Shown one piece after another: positions 45,556 to 48,976 of a stretch of DNA of 48,976 nt. The DNA is from a virus (lineage: Duplodnaviria > Heunggongvirae > Uroviricota > Caudoviricetes). Position 1 is the stretch's first letter, and every line of letters starts with the position of its first letter. A model generated the notes under the pieces. It saw nothing but the letters and a program-made list of their open reading frames with translations. It ran no database searches and was not told the DNA's origin. Location of the stretch: IMG/VR virus record IMGVR_UViG_3300016467_000502, positions 76,785 through 125,760 of that record; one strand, 5' to 3'. The position numbers and the translations under genes are program-made.

Positions 45556-46869
45556 TCACAAGGTGTATACAAACTCACTGATTAGTCCTTTGCTCTCATC
45601 ATGCAGGTGCAGGATGGCAGAGCGCTTGTTTCCCACGTACTTGTTATGGTAGTGGTAATAGTCTGAGCTGGTCAGTGCAGGAATGATCCTGGTAACAAAT
45701 CCGTGCTCTTCGTTCTCTGTGACAAACTCCTTGGTCTTGCGCCCGTGGTAGTGACCGGTGTACAGCATCCGGTGCTGGCACATCCCCCACTGCTCTGGGA
45801 ACTCCACGGCAAACACCAGCGGGTTGTTCTTGGCAGACACATCCCCGTGCTCAAAGCAGAGCATGTTTTCTCCGTACTTCAACACTTTGCGTTCTGCGTA
45901 CTCAATGTTAAACGTAACGGTTGGCCACTCTCTGTACACTTGTTTTACCGCGTGCAGCAGATGAAACGAACTCAGGCGATCATGGTTACCTGGTACAAAT
46001 ACGACTTCCACGTTTTGTGAAAAGTGTGACAGAGTTGTCACGGCTTGACAGATTGCGTCAAACGCTTTCAGGTATGTGTCGGTAGCGCTCTCGGAATTTT
46101 CTACAGGCGTACCCTTGGTTGTTGTTCCCCCAAAGGTATCCATATTCAGTGTATCTGGACCAATCACCAGCACTACTTTTTCCAGGAAGTAGTTTTTGTG
46201 TGCTTTGTCAATCAAATACTTCACCGCATCATTCATGATCTCACCCATGTCTTCATTACCTGTCTTACCAAAGTGCAGGTCCTGTAATGAAAAAACCCCG
46301 CAAACCTTTTCCTGTGCTGTGGCATTGAGGAAGTAGGATTCCGGGGCAGGCATAGCAGGGAGGTCATAGTTCTCCAGCAGTTCCAAAAAAGAATGCTGCA
46401 GCTGTTCTGCTTCTGGTTTTTTACTCACCAGGGCGGATACTTCCCAGCGGTCACTCTTCTCTTTGTTCCAGTACTGCGAGAGCTTCCATTTACTGGTGTC
46501 AATACCCAGTATGGCAATGATCTCTTCTGCAGTTCTGGGTTCCACCGATGCAATGCCGGTGATCTTGCTGGTACCAGCTTCCAGGTCTTCGTGTATGCTT
46601 ACACGCTTACCCAGATCTTCTGGTGTCTCCGTTGTGTCCAACGCATATAGGATGTCTTCATCAGTTTTGTGGGAACCTTTTTTGCTCAGTTCTTTTTCCA
46701 CCAGTGCAATGACGATGTCATCAATCTTGTCACCCACGCGGGCGACCACTTCCATGACTTTGTCTTTGATCTTGAGGTAATGAGCGGTAGGGATACCGAG
46801 TCTGGCAGCTTCAGCTTCCGCTGACTTCTTGCGCTTCAGACTGTGATAAACAGCTGAAATAATGGTCAT
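45556..46869 (-). CDS. Calcineurin-like metallophosphoesterase with N-terminal helical domain (437 aa)
   Basis: All five motifs are present in order: LQDLHFG, IGPDTLN, VPGNHD, FEHGD, TGHYHG. Confidence 0.85.
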   Translation of the reverse strand: MTIISAVYHSLKRKKSAEAEAARLGIPTAHYLKIKDKVMEVVARVGDKIDDIVIALVEKELSKKGSHKTDEDILYALDTTETPEDLGKRVSIHEDLEAGTSKITGIASVEPRTAEEIIAILGIDTSKWKLSQYWNKEKSDRWEVSALVSKKPEAEQLQHSFLELLENYDLPAMPAPESYFLNATAQEKVCGVFSLQDLHFGKTGNEDMGEIMNDAVKYLIDKAHKNYFLEKVVLVIGPDTLNMDTFGGTTTKGTPVENSESATDTYLKAFDAICQAVTTLSHFSQNVEVVFVPGNHDRLSSFHLLHAVKQVYREWPTVTFNIEYAERKVLKYGENMLCFEHGDVSAKNNPLVFAVEFPEQWGMCQHRMLYTGHYHGRKTKEFVTENEEHGFVTRIIPALTSSDYYHYHNKYVGNKRSAILHLHDESKGLISEFVYTL

Positions 46870-46899
46870 AGGGCCTTTAAGGATATTGGACTATAGTTA

Positions 46900-46931
46900 C
46901 AAATGTATATACAAAACTCTTTGGTTTACAA
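46900..46931 (-). promoter_or_regulatory. Bacteroidota primary-sigma-type promoter (-33 TTG / -7 TAnnTTTG)
   Basis: Minus strand TTG (46929-46931), N21, TACATTTG (46900-46907). It matches the Bacteroides/Flavobacterium consensus, lies just downstream of the terminator and is 30 nt upstream of the phosphoesterase ATG. Confidence 0.6.
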
Positions 46932-46941
46932 CTATTTGTGC

Positions 46942-46971
46942 AAAAAGAAGCCCCCAGTCACCCAGGGGCTC
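46942..46971 (-). terminator. Rho-independent terminator after the beta-propeller gene
   Basis: Minus strand GAGCCCCTGG-GTGA-CTGGGGGCTT-CTTTTT: a 10-bp stem including G-U pairs, a GNRA tetraloop and a U-tract. Confidence 0.75.
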
Positions 46972-47017
46972 TCTCCATTAGTCAGGAAAACCAACAAACC
47001 TGATTCATGTTTATGTC

Positions 47018-48661
47018 TTAGCGGGGCTTGTTAAACTGTGAGTTAAACACCGAAGCTCCTAGTAAGGCCAGGTTAGAAGGAACCTGGTATTCTGATTGGT
47101 CTCTGGAAGTAAAGTTAAAGTTGGTGATGTTCGGGCCGTAACCCTTTACGCTGACAATCTCTACGATGTTTTGGTTACCTGCTTCAGGATCCATAAACGT
47201 AATGTGCTTACCTGTATGTGGCCAAAGCGCGTTTACGCCACCTCCCGTTCCTGTAAAACCTGGTGAAATACTGTCAATAGTATACATGTTTTGATTGATC
47301 AATATACCATTGCCAGTGACGCCAATTGTTCTTGTGCCTGTTGACACAGAAGATGGAACGTCCCAACCTGTAAGAACCATACCTCCGTGGCGCGTATTGC
47401 CAGGGTTTATTAAACGGTTGTAGGCAAGTGTCATACCATTGGGCAGCGATATACGTTTTGACATTTTGTGGTTACCACTGGCACCTGTAGAACTAGAGTA
47501 TCCCATATCAATAGCAGACATGGTGTTTGTCACAGGGTTGATTACCAGCAAATCCATCGATTGATTTCCTAAAGCCAGCGCTCTGGGTGCGATGTAAATC
47601 TTTAGTGTTGATTTATCATGACTTTCATCCCTTTGCTTTTCAAGGAACGCGTAATAACCACGCACCGTCTTTTGTCCATATCCTGATATAGCAGCAGTAG
47701 ATAAACCAGGTGCGGACACCAGCTCAAGTGATGTACCCCATGCAGCCTGGTTGATATAAAAAATTCTACCTCTGCCGTAACCTGGTATCAGGTAAATACG
47801 ACCGCTTGGATGAGTAACAGCATCTGTTATGATGGAAAAAAGAGTTTCATAGTCCTGACCAGAAGGCTCTGCATATGCCTTGGTTACGCTGTCTAAACTT
47901 GCTACGTCGGTGTAGAGATTGTTAGATGCATCTCTCCATTGCATAGAATCAACGGTAAGCGGGCTTACGATTGTTGCTGTAATTTGAGAAATGTAGTTAC
48001 TATAATAACTGTCTTCCACAGTATCTGCACCAGCATTGACAGATGTGGTAATTCTAAAGGCCTTGCCGCCTTTTCCTGGCAACACATAAATCTTGTTGTC
48101 TGTACCTAATACTGCAGATGCAATGTATGTGTTGGAAATACTTGATACTCCAGATGGTCTTAGTAAATTGGTAACCTTCCAACGATCCGTTGCCGGATCA
48201 AGAATCACCCATTGATTGTTAGCAGAACCACACTGCACTGGTGGAAAATAGATCAACCCATTAGACGCTAGAATACCAGTGTTAAACCTAAACTTAGAAT
48301 TGTCATTTGTATTAGTACTTACAAAGCTGGGTGCGCCCCATTCAGGTCTTGCAAAACCATTAGGTAAGGGCGCCAGTTCTGTGTTTGCTGTAATAAAGGT
48401 AATGGTTGAAGGCTGCCAGTTTGTTGTAGCGGTGTTTGACGTATTAGGCGTAATCTTCATGATGACAAACGCCTGATGTGTTCCGCTAAGATTAATGGCT
48501 GTTACACCTAAGATTGAATACATGTTACCATTAGGCGCAAGCGTAGGCTTAGTGAAAGAACCTATGAAGTTTTCACTGCCATGAAAATCGGTAGTAACGG
48601 AGGCATGGGGATATGTACTATACCCCCATGTCGCAGCCTGGTGTGTTCCTAATGAGATCAT
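47018..48661 (-). CDS. Beta-propeller tail fibre / receptor-binding protein (547 aa)
   Basis: Repeated blade motif: TLAPNGNMYSI, ILASNGLIYFPP, VLGTDNKIYVLP, VTHPSGRIYLIP, ISLPNGMTLAY. It is S/T/G/N-rich and follows a tail-fibre gene. Confidence 0.62.
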   Translation of the reverse strand: MISLGTHQAATWGYSTYPHASVTTDFHGSENFIGSFTKPTLAPNGNMYSILGVTAINLSGTHQAFVIMKITPNTSNTATTNWQPSTITFITANTELAPLPNGFARPEWGAPSFVSTNTNDNSKFRFNTGILASNGLIYFPPVQCGSANNQWVILDPATDRWKVTNLLRPSGVSSISNTYIASAVLGTDNKIYVLPGKGGKAFRITTSVNAGADTVEDSYYSNYISQITATIVSPLTVDSMQWRDASNNLYTDVASLDSVTKAYAEPSGQDYETLFSIITDAVTHPSGRIYLIPGYGRGRIFYINQAAWGTSLELVSAPGLSTAAISGYGQKTVRGYYAFLEKQRDESHDKSTLKIYIAPRALALGNQSMDLLVINPVTNTMSAIDMGYSSSTGASGNHKMSKRISLPNGMTLAYNRLINPGNTRHGGMVLTGWDVPSSVSTGTRTIGVTGNGILINQNMYTIDSISPGFTGTGGGVNALWPHTGKHITFMDPEAGNQNIVEIVSVKGYGPNITNFNFTSRDQSEYQVPSNLALLGASVFNSQFNKPR

Positions 48662-48667
48662 ATGTTA

Positions 48668-48976
48668 TTATACTACTACGTTTGTAAGGTCACCAAACAT
48701 GTACCAGAGTGAATCGCTTCTCTTTACCAGGGTAGCCGCGCTATAACGTGTTCTGAGGTATTGCATATTGTTTGCGCTTTCTATGGTAACACCAGTCGCT
48801 CCAACAATGCGAACCTGACCCGTTCCTTTTTGCATGATGGTCACTTGATGACCTGGAGGAAAATTGGTCAAAGACAAGGGAACAGTGACAATTACCGCAC
48901 TGGCAGATTCTGTTAAGATGACAATACCCGCATCCGTTGTGTTGGATGTTGTTGCAGTACCTCCAGCTGTTGCAGA
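48668..48976 (-). CDS. Tail fibre protein, C-terminal part (partial, runs off the right edge)
   Basis: The frame is open from 48976: SATAGGTATTSNTTDAGIVILTESASAVIVTVPLSLTNFPPGHQVTIMQKGTGQVRIVGATGVTI...RYSAATLVK...WYMFGDL. This is a common phage fibre beta domain. The ORF track shows only the last 69 aa. Confidence 0.7.
   Translation of the reverse strand, partial: SATAGGTATTSNTTDAGIVILTESASAVIVTVPLSLTNFPPGHQVTIMQKGTGQVRIVGATGVTIESANNMQYLRTRYSAATLVKRSDSLWYMFGDLTNVVV

Noticed and set aside
668-46780. Numerous plus-strand ORFs (e.g. 8111-8875, 8876-9637, 12788-13438, 19733-20503)
   Set aside because: All lie antisense to long minus-strand genes, show shadow-ORF composition (rich in Leu/Ser/Phe/Cys) and have no recognisable motifs.
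46980-47005. Second inverted repeat TCAGG...CCTGA after the propeller gene
   Set aside because: It has only a 5-bp core with a 12-nt loop and no U-tract. The adjacent GNRA hairpin explains termination.
14722-48476. Short alternative-frame ORFs nested within large genes (e.g. minus-strand 14722-14967, 24886-25107, 32505-32744)
   Set aside because: They are out of frame inside well-supported CDSs, with no motifs or initiation context.
2-48976. Stop-codon reassignment (TAG or TGA), known in some Crassvirales
   Set aside because: All genes read uninterrupted in code 11 and end in TAA or TGA. TAG appears neither as a sense codon nor as a stop in these genes, so there is no positive evidence for recoding.
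47018-48976. Diversity-generating retroelement acting on the fibre genes
   Set aside because: No reverse transcriptase and no template/variable repeat pair is visible in this window. It cannot be excluded elsewhere in the genome.
1-48976. tRNA, rRNA or CRISPR arrays
   Set aside because: Intergenic space is minimal (largest gap about 150 nt) and contains no cloverleaf or repeat-spacer pattern.

Overview
The window is part of a crAss-like (Crassvirales-type, probably Bacteroidota-infecting) phage genome. It covers the tail and virion-cargo module. All credible genes are on the minus strand, tightly packed, and read in standard code 11. In transcription order (right to left) they are: a tail-fibre C-terminus (partial); a beta-propeller putative receptor-binding protein; a terminator followed by a Bacteroidota-type promoter; a calcineurin-like metallophosphoesterase; an IHF/HU-like protein; two ring/tail-tubular proteins; a small HExxH protein; a P22 gp10-like tail stabilisation (muzzle) protein with an inserted vWA plus Ig-like module; a two-domain peptidoglycan hydrolase (NlpC/P60 plus lysozyme-like); three mosaic cargo proteins carrying a repeated GG motif; an 889-aa cargo protein; and three giant ejection proteins. 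The giants are a 1659-aa protein, a 4333-aa zincin + two-barrel RNA polymerase + ASCH-like protein, and a >1664-aa protein with an N-terminal PD-(D/E)XK nuclease that runs off the left edge and is missing from the ORF track. The most unusual patterns are (i) nearly Cys-free giant proteins with Cys placed at abutting C- and N-termini, (ii) a shared DETEGxGxT..S.AA..L motif in two giants, (iii) a recurrent GG-[LIM]-x-K-[FY]-x-x-[GA]-G motif separating small accessory domains, and (iv) domain insertions into core tail proteins. All family assignments come from motif reading by eye, not from database searches.
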